NCBI GenBank assembly: GCA_963663895.2
Contig: CAXXRD010000001.1
Span: forward strand, 128,001-192,000
DNA length: 64,000 nucleotides
Reading direction: 5' to 3'
Source of the DNA: Dehalococcoidia bacterium
GTDB taxonomy: Bacteria > Chloroflexota > Dehalococcoidia > Bin125
In this document: piece after piece, positions 1 through 9,855 of the stretch
How positions within the stretch are numbered: position 1 is the first letter of the stretch
How the letters are laid out: every line of letters begins with the position of its first letter
The notes under the pieces: generated by a model
Told to the model about the DNA's origin: nothing
The model's database searches: none
What the model saw: only the letters and a program-made list of their open reading frames with translations
Position numbers and translations under genes: made by a program

Positions 1-820
1 CTCGCAGATCCGCCACGACACGGGCGCGCAATGCCTCGAACGTCTCAAATTCGCCGACCTCGGATGCGAAATCGTCGTCCAAGTCCGGCAAGAGCTCACG
101 CTTGACCTCGTGCACAGTGACGGTAAACGTCGCAGCCTTGCCGGCCAGCTCTCCATGATCGAAATCCTCTGGGATATCGATCTCGATACGATGTCGGTCG
201 GGTCCGGGAGCCAAGCCGACGATTCGCTCCGCAAGGCCGGGCACCACGAACGCACCTTCCTCGCGCAGACTGATCTCAACGCCCTCCTGCGCTGCGAAGG
301 GTTTCCCATCGCTCTCACCCTGGATGTCGATTCGAATCCGGTCGTTGTATGCGACAGGGCGGTCGACGGGCTCGAGCACCGCGTGGCGGCGGCGGAGTTC
401 GAGCAGCGTGTCCGCGATCTGCTCGTCCGTCACAACCACTGATTCGCGCTGAAGGCGGATCGAACGGTAATCCCCCAAGGAGACGCTCGGACGCACCGGG
501 ACGGTAGCCTTGAAGCGCAGTGGTTCCAGGTTGAGGATCTCGAGCTCCGGTTGCGCGATGGGATCGATCCCCTCCCGCACGATGGCGTCCTCGTATGCCT
601 TGGGCACCATGTGATCGGCGGCCTCTTGGAGGAGGCGCCCACGGCCCAGAACGCGCTCGATGAGTTCGCGCGGCGCCTTGCCGCGCCGGAAGCCAGGAAT
701 CTCCGCACGCAGCGAGAGTCGCCGGTAGGCCCAGTCCATCGACTCGCGGAAGCGCTCGTCGTCAACTTCCACCTCGAGGACCACGCGGGCCTCGGGGATC
801 TGTTCAGCGGTAACTTTCAT
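1..820 (-). CDS. tig: Trigger factor (3' end runs off window)
   Basis: Manual translation from ATG at 820: MKVTAEQIPEARVVLEVEVDDERF...IPGFRRGKAP, the ribosome-binding GFRxGxxP signature; not in the ORF track. Confidence 0.95.
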   Translation of the reverse strand, partial: MKVTAEQIPEARVVLEVEVDDERFRESMDWAYRRLSLRAEIPGFRRGKAPRELIERVLGRGRLLQEAADHMVPKAYEDAIVREGIDPIAQPELEILNLEPLRFKATVPVRPSVSLGDYRSIRLQRESVVVTDEQIADTLLELRRRHAVLEPVDRPVAYNDRIRIDIQGESDGKPFAAQEGVEISLREEGAFVVPGLAERIVGLAPGPDRHRIEIDIPEDFDHGELAGKAATFTVTVHEVKRELLPDLDDDFASEVGEFETFEALRARVVADLR

Positions 821-849
821 ACTTGGTAGTGGGGCTCCCCGTGCGAATA

Positions 850-858
850 AGTATAGCA
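850..858 (-). promoter_or_regulatory. Extended -10 promoter element for tig
   Basis: TGcTATACT on minus strand about 30 nt upstream of the tig ATG. Confidence 0.55.
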
Positions 859-893
859 GCGGCCTCTCGCATTACCGGAGCCAACTCCACCCA

Positions 894-2078
894 CTAGCGC
901 CCCCGCGGGTTGACCACGTCGTTCACCGCGTCACCCAACAAATTGAACGCAAAGATCAGCACGGCGACGGTCACCCCTGGAACCAGAAGGAGATGGGGAT
1001 GCAGGTTGAATGTCCTGACGCCGCCCGCATCGTCGATCATCGCGCCGAAAGAGGCGGTGGGCGCCTGCACACCGATACCGAGGAACGTCAGGGCTACCTC
1101 CAGCGTTGCGATCGCGCCGAGTGTGGCGCTGATTCCCACAACGATCCAGGGCAGCACGCCTGGAAGCAGATGGCGCAGCAGGATACGTGGTATGCGTGCA
1201 CCCAACGCCTCAGCAGCCAAAACATATTCCTGCTCGCGCAGGGCGAAGACCTGCGCACGAACAAACCGAGCGGTCCCAACCCAGCTGAAGAAGGAGACGG
1301 AGAAGAAAAGCAGACTGAAATCGTCGATGCCTTGATCGATGAAGAACGTCGTACCCAGAAAATCGTCGATGGCGGCAAACCACTCTGTCCAACGATCACG
1401 CAGGGAGGCGCTAACGAGGATCAGCACGAGGAGTGTCGGGATGGCGAGCACCACATCACCGACGCGCATGATTGCGTTGTCCACTTTGCCGCCGAGGTAG
1501 CCAGCGACCAGGCCCAGGCCCAATCCCAGGAACACGTTGCCGAAGAGAAAGGCGAGAATGGAGATCACAAGCGTCGTCCGGGCGGCGAACAGGGTCCGGC
1601 TGAACATGTCGCGACCAATGCGATCCGTACCGAACCAATGATCAGCGGACGGACCCTCCAGGACTTCGTCTTCTTTCAGGACGAAGGTTGTGCGCGGCGG
1701 CACAACGGTCGCGGAGCTGAGCGGCCCGACCTCCGCCTCGACGAGCGCGACCGTCTCAGGATTCAGGCGCCGTAGCTCCTCCAGGCTGATCTGGTGATGC
1801 GCCATGTAGGCACCCAGCGTCTCAACGACACCGTCGACTTCGCGAACCGGGCGACGCTCCGTCAGGTTGGTCGCCTCTGGATCCTGCAAACCAATGGGCG
1901 CGCCGAAGGCATCAAGGATGGTGTAAGCGCCAGCACCATAGATCACAACGATCAGCGCGAGCGCCACCATAGCCACGCGTTTCCGTCGCAGCGCGCGCCA
2001 CGCCCGGCGCTGCGGCGACTCCGCCCGAGCGAGGGGTCCATAGCTGCTATCGAGAGGTTGGACCGCTTCGATCGTCAT
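894..2078 (-). CDS. oppC: Peptide ABC transporter permease (OppC/DppC) with LysM-like insertion
   Basis: HWFGTDRIGRD and EYVLAAEALGA (EAA) motifs; ATG 2078 chosen just after the oppB stop. Confidence 0.92.
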   Translation of the reverse strand: MTIEAVQPLDSSYGPLARAESPQRRAWRALRRKRVAMVALALIVVIYGAGAYTILDAFGAPIGLQDPEATNLTERRPVREVDGVVETLGAYMAHHQISLEELRRLNPETVALVEAEVGPLSSATVVPPRTTFVLKEDEVLEGPSADHWFGTDRIGRDMFSRTLFAARTTLVISILAFLFGNVFLGLGLGLVAGYLGGKVDNAIMRVGDVVLAIPTLLVLILVSASLRDRWTEWFAAIDDFLGTTFFIDQGIDDFSLLFFSVSFFSWVGTARFVRAQVFALREQEYVLAAEALGARIPRILLRHLLPGVLPWIVVGISATLGAIATLEVALTFLGIGVQAPTASFGAMIDDAGGVRTFNLHPHLLLVPGVTVAVLIFAFNLLGDAVNDVVNPRGR

Positions 2079-2082
2079 GAGG

Positions 2083-3066
2083 CTAGGCGCGCCGTGAGTA
2101 GCGGATTCGCGGATCGATATAGATGTAGGCCACATCGATGACGACGTTCGCGAGGACGAATAGCGTCGCGACGAGCAACGTGAATCCCAAGATCACGTTA
2201 AAGTCGCGCTGGCCGATCGAAGCGAAGACGAACGACCCCACCCCCGGCACCCCGTAGAGCGTTTCCGTCAGGATCGCGCCGGTCACCACGGTGACGATGC
2301 TGAGCGCCATCACCGTGCTGAGCGGCAGCAGGGAGTTGCGCAAGACGTGCCGGATGACAACGGTGCGCGGCCCCAAGCCCTTCGCGCGCGCCGTACGAAC
2401 ATAGTCCTCGTCCAGCACGCTGAGGACACTGACGCGCACGAACCGCGCCATGCCGGCCAGGGCCGGAAGGGTAAGGGCGGCCACCGGCACGATGTACGAG
2501 GCAGCATCGCCCGGCGTCCACACGGAAGGCACACTAAAGCCGAAGAACTCCGGCACTTCATGCAACCCGAACACCAGGAGCCAGACCATCAGAGGGATCA
2601 GCACAAGGACGGGGATCGCATCGAAGATCATAAAAAACCCGATGGTGAACGGGTCACGCCACGTGCCGCGATTCACTGCGGCAAAGACGCCGAGAGGGAT
2701 GCCTAAAAGGAAGATGAGCGCCAGGGAGATCAGACCGAGCTGTGTGGAGATCCAAACGCGTTCTCCCAACAACTCGGCGACGGAGCGCTGCGGGCTGCGG
2801 TGAAAATAGGAGGGGCCCAGATCGCCGCGTGTCACGAGCCCAACGAAGTAGCCGCCAAATCGATCGAAGAAGCCTCCCGTGAGGCCGAACTCCTCTCGAA
2901 TCTGCTCTGCCACTTCGGGGTCCGGTGCTCGCGTTCCCGTGATGATTCGCACCGGATCGCCGGGGGCGGCTTGGGTGAAGGCGAAAGTGATGAAGAGCAC
3001 CGCGAAGAGCGTGGGCGGCACCAACAAGAGCCGCCGCAGCACGAACGGGAGCACACCGCCGGTCAT
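2083..3066 (-). CDS. oppB: Peptide ABC transporter permease (OppB/DppB)
   Basis: PGDP, GDLGPS and DYVRTARAKGL...HVLRNS motifs. Confidence 0.95.
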   Translation of the reverse strand: MTGGVLPFVLRRLLLVPPTLFAVLFITFAFTQAAPGDPVRIITGTRAPDPEVAEQIREEFGLTGGFFDRFGGYFVGLVTRGDLGPSYFHRSPQRSVAELLGERVWISTQLGLISLALIFLLGIPLGVFAAVNRGTWRDPFTIGFFMIFDAIPVLVLIPLMVWLLVFGLHEVPEFFGFSVPSVWTPGDAASYIVPVAALTLPALAGMARFVRVSVLSVLDEDYVRTARAKGLGPRTVVIRHVLRNSLLPLSTVMALSIVTVVTGAILTETLYGVPGVGSFVFASIGQRDFNVILGFTLLVATLFVLANVVIDVAYIYIDPRIRYSRRA

Positions 3067-3133
3067 GACACCGCCTCTACGCGCTGCTCCGCATGTGCGC
3101 TGGCATCGCCGGACAGATTCGGTGGACTAGATC

Positions 3134-4849
3134 TTACTCGCTCAGCACGATGAAACGAAGGTACGGCACCGTGATGCGCGGCGGCACGTAGTTCTCTACG
3201 TATGGCTTCACGAGTTCATTGGCCTGCCCGTAGAACAGCGGAATCCACGGCGCATCGGCGACGATCAACCGCTCCACCTCTTGATACAGGCGGACGCGTG
3301 CGTCTTGATCCTGCGTAACACGCGCGGTTTCAAGAATGGCATCAACCTCCGGGTTGGCGTAGCCGGTGTTGTTCTGCAGCGAGGTGCTGTGGAACAGCAG
3401 GTCGAGGAAGTTTTCCGGATCCGGATAGTCCGCGATCCAACCGATGTTGAACGCCTGGTAGAGATTCCGGTCCAGCTCCGAGAAGAACGTCGCCGTCTCC
3501 ACTTGCTGGATCTCGACCTCCACGCCGAGATTGTCGAGCCACATCCGTTGGATCGCCTCGATCACCACACCCGGAGTCGCGCCGACGCCAGGCACCGTCA
3601 ACCGTATGGTGGGGAGCCGCCCGGCGTAGGACGACTGAGCCAGCAACTCCTGTGCCCCCTCCGGGTCGAAGGAGAGCCCCCGGAAGTCTTCGTCGTAGGC
3701 CAAAATGCCGGGCGGCAGAATGCCTTCGGCGATGGGGGCGACGCCCATCAGGACCACATCGCGCAGGGTGACTTTGTCGATCGCACTGGCGAACGCTTGC
3801 CGAACCAAGGGATCGTCAAAGGGAGGCTGGTTAACGTTGAAGCCAATGTACGAGACGGATAGTTCGGACCGCGAGACGAAGTGCTGATTGAGCGGGTCCG
3901 CAGGGTCACGCACGCGCTCGATATCGTTGACCCCGACGATTGCGATATCGACCTCCTCATTCTCGAACTGGGTCACGCCTCCGCCCGCGAAGCGGATCAC
4001 GACCGCACTGACGCTGGCAGGGCCCTGGTGGTAGCGCTCAAACGGCACCAGAGCTATCTCGGCACCCTGATCCCAACGCTGCATCTGGAAAGGGCCGGTT
4101 CCGTTGGGGTTGCGAGCCCAGTTCTGGGGATCCGCGTCAATCTGCTGCACGTCGACGACGAACGCCGTGGGATAGGTCAATTTCGCGAGGAAGAACGGCT
4201 TCGGTGCATCGATCGTGATCTCGACGGTACGGTCATCGACTACCTGGATCCCTGCGATCTCCTCGACTCGGCCGCGGATGTAGTCGCGCGCGCCGATGAT
4301 GTCGCCGAGATAATCCTGCGCGGTGGGCGAGAAGGTGTCCGGCGAGGCGTGCCGCTCGATGCTGTCCTTGACGTCCTGCGCCGTGACGCGGCGGCTATTG
4401 TGAAAGAGTGCGTCGCGGCGCAGCGCAAACCGGTACGTCACTGTCCCATCGGCGTTCTCGATCACCTCCGGCAGCGATTCCGCTAGATCAGGCACGACGC
4501 GCAGATCGAGATCGAGCGTGACGAGTCCGCCGAAGATCTCGACGACGTAGGACGCAGAATTCTGATCGGTGACGAGTGCCGGATCGAGAGTGATCGGTTC
4601 GGCGCGCGCGATACGCAACTCGTTCTCGCCGCGGCGCACCTGTGGCGTGATCGACTCAGGCTGTTCCTCCTCGTCGCTATCCGCCTGGGGCGCAGCGCCA
4701 CCGTCGTCCCTCTCGGTAACAGGTCGCTCGCGATCGGCGCGGGTCGTGGTGGCTCGGTCGGAGTCGGATGACGCATCGCCGCCGCCGCAAGCAGCACCAA
4801 CCAGTGCCGCGACCACCACCAGTGCCGCAATCAGCCACCAGCGGCTCAC
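3134..4849 (-). CDS. oppA: Family 5 peptide ABC substrate-binding lipoprotein
   Basis: Lipobox-like GAAC after a hydrophobic signal; TLDPA, VPDLAES, NGTGPF, GWIADYPDP; GTG 4849 with GGAG upstream. Confidence 0.93.
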   Translation of the reverse strand: MSRWWLIAALVVVAALVGAACGGGDASSDSDRATTTRADRERPVTERDDGGAAPQADSDEEEQPESITPQVRRGENELRIARAEPITLDPALVTDQNSASYVVEIFGGLVTLDLDLRVVPDLAESLPEVIENADGTVTYRFALRRDALFHNSRRVTAQDVKDSIERHASPDTFSPTAQDYLGDIIGARDYIRGRVEEIAGIQVVDDRTVEITIDAPKPFFLAKLTYPTAFVVDVQQIDADPQNWARNPNGTGPFQMQRWDQGAEIALVPFERYHQGPASVSAVVIRFAGGGVTQFENEEVDIAIVGVNDIERVRDPADPLNQHFVSRSELSVSYIGFNVNQPPFDDPLVRQAFASAIDKVTLRDVVLMGVAPIAEGILPPGILAYDEDFRGLSFDPEGAQELLAQSSYAGRLPTIRLTVPGVGATPGVVIEAIQRMWLDNLGVEVEIQQVETATFFSELDRNLYQAFNIGWIADYPDPENFLDLLFHSTSLQNNTGYANPEVDAILETARVTQDQDARVRLYQEVERLIVADAPWIPLFYGQANELVKPYVENYVPPRITVPYLRFIVLSE

Positions 4850-5005
4850 CGAGATCGCTCCACCCGTGCGTGAAAGATTGCGAGGTCCATCAGCTCCTGC
4901 TCCGTCTCTCGCCCCGACAAATCTTCGTCCGCCGCGAACAATCCAGTGAGCCGAGCGTATCACTGCGTCTGGACTGGCGTGCGCAGGCGAGCCCCTGTCA
5001 TCAGT

Positions 5006-6793
5006 CTATTCCCCACCTGTGAGCGCAAGCCCGAGCTCGGCGATCTGGGGCTCGGTCACCGCAGCCGGCGCACCGGTCATGGGATCGACGGCGGCTTGCG
5101 TCTTGGGAAACGCGATCACCTCACGGATGTTCGGAGCACCCGCCAGCAACATAGCGATGCGGTCGAGTCCCGGAGCAATCCCCCCATGCGGCGGCGCGCC
5201 ATGATCGAAGGCCTTCAAGATGTGCCCGAAACGCCGCTGTGCCTCGTCGGGCGCGATGCCAAGGCAGGTGAAAACCCGCTCCTGCACCTCTCTCCGGTGG
5301 ATACGAATCGAGCCAGAGGCGAGTTCGAACCCGTTCGCCACGATGTCGTAGGCGCGAGCACGGACGCTTCCCGGATCAGTCTCGAGCTTGGCAAGATCCT
5401 CGTCCCGAGGAGCCGTGAACGGGTGATGGAGCGCATCCCAGCGCTCCTCCTGGGCATCCCAGGCGAGCAGCGGGAAGTCCGTGATGAAAGCGAAGTGCAG
5501 CGTCTGCGGGTCTGCAAGATCCAAACGGTCCGCAATGGCACGCCGCAGGCCATCCAAAGCCGTGTTGACGACCTTCTCGGCATCGGCGGCGAGCAGCACC
5601 AAGTCGCCCGCCTCGGCGCCAGCACGCGCGCCTATCCGGCGCGCGGTCTCTTCGCCGAGATGCTTGAGCACGGGAGAGCGCATCTCATCCGCTCGTGCCA
5701 CCGACGGCTCCGCCTTGAACTGGATCGAGACCAGCCCTTTCGCGCCGTAAGTCCGCGCCAGCTCGGTGTAGGCGTCGATCTGCTTGCGTGTGAGTCCCGC
5801 TCCTCCAGGAACCACCAGCCCACGGACACGGCCACCGGCCTCGACGGCGTTGCGGAAAACGGCGAAGGCCGATGCGGCGACAAGCGGCGTGCAATCGAAA
5901 AGCTCAAGCCCGTAACGCAGATCTGGCTTGTCGGTGCCGAAGCGCTCCAGCGCCGCCGCGTACGTCAGCCGTGGGAACGGCGAGACGATATTGAGGTCAG
6001 GGCGCAGCTCCCGCACCAGCCCCGTAAAAAGCTCCTCCATGAGCGCGAGGATGTCCTCCTCCTCGCAGAAGGCCATCTCTACGTCCAGCTGCGTGAACTC
6101 CGGCTGACGGTCGGCACGGAGATCTTCGTCGCGGAAGCAACGAACGATCTGAAAGTACCGCTCCACGCCCGCGACCATCAGCAGCTGCTTGAATTGCTGT
6201 GGCGACTGGGGGAGCGCGTAGAAACTTCCAGGGTGCAGGCGACTCGGCACGAGATAATCTCGCGCTCCTTCGGGCGTTGGGACTACCAGCGCGGGCGTCT
6301 CGACCTCCATAAAATCATGGGCCGTCATGAAGCGGCGGACATACTGATTCATCTCGTGCCGCAAGATGAGGTTGCGGTGCATCTCCGCACGCCTGAGATC
6401 AAGGAACCGGTATTCGAGCCGCCGAACCTCGTCGACGTCGGTCGGTTCGTTCACCGCGAACGGCGGCGTCTCCGCGGCGTTGAGCACTTCGATCTCCTGC
6501 GCCTCGACTTCAACCTCCCCCGTCGCCAAATTCGGATTGATCGTCTCGACGCTGCGCCGCACTACGCTGCCCCGCACGCCGAGTACATACTCACTGCGAG
6601 CGGCGGCGGCGGCGGCGTGCGCGTCCGGCGCCCGATCAGGGTGGACCACGACCTGTACGAGGCCGCGGCTATCCCGCAGGTCGATGAAGATCAACCCGCC
6701 ATGGTCACGCCGCCTGTGGACCCAACCGGCGAGTGTGACATCAATGCCCGCGTGTTCGGCGCGCAGGTCGCCGCCGTAGTGGCTCTTCAGCAC
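5006..6793 (-). CDS. aspS: Aspartyl-tRNA synthetase
   Basis: GWVHRRRDHGG, TPEGARDY, FRDEDLRADRQPEFTQ, PPHGGIAPGLDR. Confidence 0.98.
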   Translation of the reverse strand: MLKSHYGGDLRAEHAGIDVTLAGWVHRRRDHGGLIFIDLRDSRGLVQVVVHPDRAPDAHAAAAAARSEYVLGVRGSVVRRSVETINPNLATGEVEVEAQEIEVLNAAETPPFAVNEPTDVDEVRRLEYRFLDLRRAEMHRNLILRHEMNQYVRRFMTAHDFMEVETPALVVPTPEGARDYLVPSRLHPGSFYALPQSPQQFKQLLMVAGVERYFQIVRCFRDEDLRADRQPEFTQLDVEMAFCEEEDILALMEELFTGLVRELRPDLNIVSPFPRLTYAAALERFGTDKPDLRYGLELFDCTPLVAASAFAVFRNAVEAGGRVRGLVVPGGAGLTRKQIDAYTELARTYGAKGLVSIQFKAEPSVARADEMRSPVLKHLGEETARRIGARAGAEAGDLVLLAADAEKVVNTALDGLRRAIADRLDLADPQTLHFAFITDFPLLAWDAQEERWDALHHPFTAPRDEDLAKLETDPGSVRARAYDIVANGFELASGSIRIHRREVQERVFTCLGIAPDEAQRRFGHILKAFDHGAPPHGGIAPGLDRIAMLLAGAPNIREVIAFPKTQAAVDPMTGAPAAVTEPQIAELGLALTGGE

Positions 6794-6967
6794 TCAACAT
6801 CTCCAGACCAGGGCTCGCTAACGGCGCCGACGGACCGGAGAGCCATCAGCGTCGAGTCTGGCACGCACGTCCAGGTCAATCAAACATGGCACGCGCGTCC
6901 CGATCCGCCCTAGCGTTGGGGCCGCGCGCGGCCTTAGAGTTGCCCCGCAGTGTGCTAAGGAGCGCGC

Positions 6968-8172
6968 GTGGAAGCGATGTCGATGGAGAGACGAATCCAC
7001 ACGCTGCCCAGCTTCCGCTGGATGGAACCGATGCCGGCTTCACCCGCCGTGCAGGTGGGCGAGCTGCTGTTCATCGGCGGGCAAACGGCGTTGGACGAGA
7101 ACGGTCGCGCCATTGCGCCAGGCGACGTGGCGGCCCAGACACGTCACATCTTTGACCGGATCGTCGAACTCCTTGAGGCAGCGGGCGGCACCACCGATGA
7201 CCTTGTCGACGTCATCTCCTTCCACAAGGACCCGCGCGATATGGACGCCGTCTTCGCCACGGCGCGCGACTATCTGACCCACGCGAAGCACCCCGCTTGG
7301 ACGGCAGTGGGCAGCCAGGGCTTCTGGGTGAGCGAGAACTTACTTGGCATTCGCGCGATCGCGCACATGGGCCAGGCGCCCAAGGACAGCTATACCCCCG
7401 ACACGATGAAGTGGCTACGTCAGTTCCCAATGGCGGGTGGCTGCAAGAAGGGCGACTTCCTCTTCGTGTCGGGGCAAATGGCCGCCGACGCAGACGGCTT
7501 CATCACCACTCCCGGCGACCACGCCGCGCAGGCTCGTTACGCCATCAATCGCATCCGGGAGATCGTGGAGATGGCTGGCGCCTCCATGGACGACGTGATC
7601 GACCTGATCGCGTTCAACCGCGACGCACGCGGCATGGACGCGGCGGTGGACACTTGGATGGAGGAGGTCGTATCCAAGGTGCACCCCGCCAATGCCCCTA
7701 CCGTGACCACCATTGGGACGACCGGCCTGTATCGTCTCGGCCTGTTGGGCGCCTACCGCGTCATCGCCGACCTCAGTCCGGGCCCCCGCGTCGCCAAAAC
7801 ACCTCCCAGCATCTGGTGGCACACGCTGCCCGTCGCAGGTGGCTGCAAGAAGGAGGGCGGGCACCTGATCACGATCGCGGGCGAGGTCGCCTCGGATGGC
7901 GACGGCAACATCATCACCCCGGGAAACACCGCGACGCAGGCGCGCTACGCCTTCAACCGGATCAAGGAGGTGCTGGAGGCTTTCGGCGCGTCAATGGAGC
8001 ACGTGGTCGAGGTAATGTCGTTCCACAAGGATCCGCGTGCGTGGAGCGCGTCATGAAAGTAGGCGAGGAGTTCTTCTCGAAAGAGCAAGGACCCGCCTGG
8101 ACGCCGGCGGGCACCACCGGGCTCTACAAGGAAGGCTATCTGCATGAGATCTACGCGACCGCGGTCGTCTAG
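6968..8172 (+). CDS. Triple-domain RidA/YjgF-family protein (frameshift near 8043)
   Basis: Three tandem Rid repeats (LFIGGQ, LFVSGQ, ITIAGE; AAQTR, AAQAR, ATQAR); C-terminus continues in another frame to the stop at 8172. Confidence 0.85.
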
Positions 8173-8332
8173 AAACGCGCGCTAGAGGCCGACGGCGGCC
8201 TTGCGCCTCTCGTATCGCCGCGAGGAAGAGTTTGCAACCTTGCCCCGGAAGCGCATAATGCTCCCGCATCCTCTGGAACGCCCGGCCGCAAGCGCGGCTG
8301 GCTTGCGCGCGGCTCGTAGGAGGGACTGACGA

Positions 8333-9736
8333 ATGCTGGAACTCGGTGTCTTTCACAATGGAGCGGTGGATCTGCCGCTGGTCCTGTCCGAGCCGGACGG
8401 CGTGCCCGTGCCCGATGCCTCGATCGAGGAGGTGCACGAAAGCTATCGCCGTATCACGCACCGGCAGGTTCGAGAATCGATCTTGGCGGAGCAACTCGGG
8501 TTCAACTACATGTTCTTCACCGAGCATCACTTCCAGCCGGAAGGGGCCGAATACAGCCCAGACCCGATCGTCGTGCAAGCCGCGATCGCATCGCAGACGA
8601 AGAAGATCCGGCTCGGGCAGATGGCCAATATCTTGCCCTGGTGGCACCCGGTTCGCCTGGCCGAGCAAGCGGCGCTCCTTGATGTCCTCAGCGGCGGCCG
8701 GCTGGAGTTCGGCATCGGCCGCGGCTACCAGCCCCGCGAGGCTGAGGTCTTCGGCAAGCCCTTTGGCGCGACCGTCCAAGACCAAGAGCGTAACCGTCGC
8801 TACTTCGACGAAGCCTACCAGTTGATTCTGAAATGCTGGACGGAGCCGTCTTTCTCTCACCAGGGAGAGTTCTTCCAGATCCCGCCGAGCTACACCCGCT
8901 GGCACCACTGGGGCACCATGGGCTTCTTCAACCAGCCCAAGTCCGAGCGGACCATCGAAGACGTATTGAACCTCTCGCCAGCGGACATGTACTCGATGGC
9001 TGCAGCTGCGCCGCTCTACGCCACGACGACCACGCTCAAGGAATTGAGCGTCTTTCCGCAGCCGGTTCAAAAGCCCTACCCGCAGTTCTGGGAGCCGGTC
9101 AACAGCGAGCGCTCGATCAATTGGTGCGTCAGCCGCGGCATGAACTGCTTCACCGTGCCGGACTCCAACGAGCGCGTGAAGCACAACGTCGCCGTGTATT
9201 ACGAGGAGGCGGAGAAGAACAACTGGCCCGACCGCCTCAACCGCGGCCCCTGGAAGTACGGTTGGGATGTGGAGAAGAAGCGCGGGTATGGCTGTTGCCG
9301 CTGGGTGCACATCGTGCCGCCGGGCCCGAACGCCGAGGCGGAGACGGCACGCTACAAACGGGCGCTTGAGCACCAGTGGAACTACTACAGCCCCTTCGGG
9401 ATCGCGGGCCTGCTGGCGGATCCGGGAGAGGAGCCTCCCGACGCTTACTCGCTCATCCCGGCCGACCTCGTCATCGACAAGGGCCTTGCCTTCATCGGTC
9501 CCGCCGACAAGGTGATCGACGACATCATGAACGTGAAGGAGATCGTCGGTTACGACGATTTCATGTTCACGCCATGGTTTGAGGGGAGCACCTACAGCGC
9601 CGACGAGGTCGAGGAGCAGATGCGTATGTTCGCCACGGACGTCATGCCGACGCTGGCCAAGGCCTGTGGCGGTTTGGTCGAGAATGACCCTGTCGACGTC
9701 GACCTACAACCACGCGTTGCAGAGCCGGTGTCCTAG
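8333..9736 (+). CDS. LLM-class flavin-dependent oxidoreductase
   Basis: FTEHHF, PVRLAEQAALLDVLSGGRLEFGIGRGY, PQPVQKPYP; GGAGG SD. Confidence 0.93.
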   Translation: MLELGVFHNGAVDLPLVLSEPDGVPVPDASIEEVHESYRRITHRQVRESILAEQLGFNYMFFTEHHFQPEGAEYSPDPIVVQAAIASQTKKIRLGQMANILPWWHPVRLAEQAALLDVLSGGRLEFGIGRGYQPREAEVFGKPFGATVQDQERNRRYFDEAYQLILKCWTEPSFSHQGEFFQIPPSYTRWHHWGTMGFFNQPKSERTIEDVLNLSPADMYSMAAAAPLYATTTTLKELSVFPQPVQKPYPQFWEPVNSERSINWCVSRGMNCFTVPDSNERVKHNVAVYYEEAEKNNWPDRLNRGPWKYGWDVEKKRGYGCCRWVHIVPPGPNAEAETARYKRALEHQWNYYSPFGIAGLLADPGEEPPDAYSLIPADLVIDKGLAFIGPADKVIDDIMNVKEIVGYDDFMFTPWFEGSTYSADEVEEQMRMFATDVMPTLAKACGGLVENDPVDVDLQPRVAEPVS

Positions 9737-9855
9737 TCGTCACATGATCACACGCCCGGGAGGCGTTCAGGGCGAGGGGCGGAACGCGCGGGGTGTCTCA
9801 TCCCGCGCGTTCCACGTTTAAGCGCAAGGCATTCGCTCGTCCCTACACTCGCAGT

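Noticed and set aside
5006-6793. Confident non-discriminating AspRS call
   Set aside because: His in RRRDHGG is suggestive, but the second determinant (Gly) is not evident; asnS/gatB status is unknown from this window
4946-6913. Long antisense ORFs (also 8051-9373, 51001-52401, 53918-56143, 30204-31679)
   Set aside because: Shadows of real genes in high-GC DNA; no recognisable motifs
8040-8062. TGA at 8054-8056 as a selenocysteine codon (selB is nearby)
   Set aside because: Read-through meets TAG two codons later; the Rid domain continues in another frame, so an indel explains it
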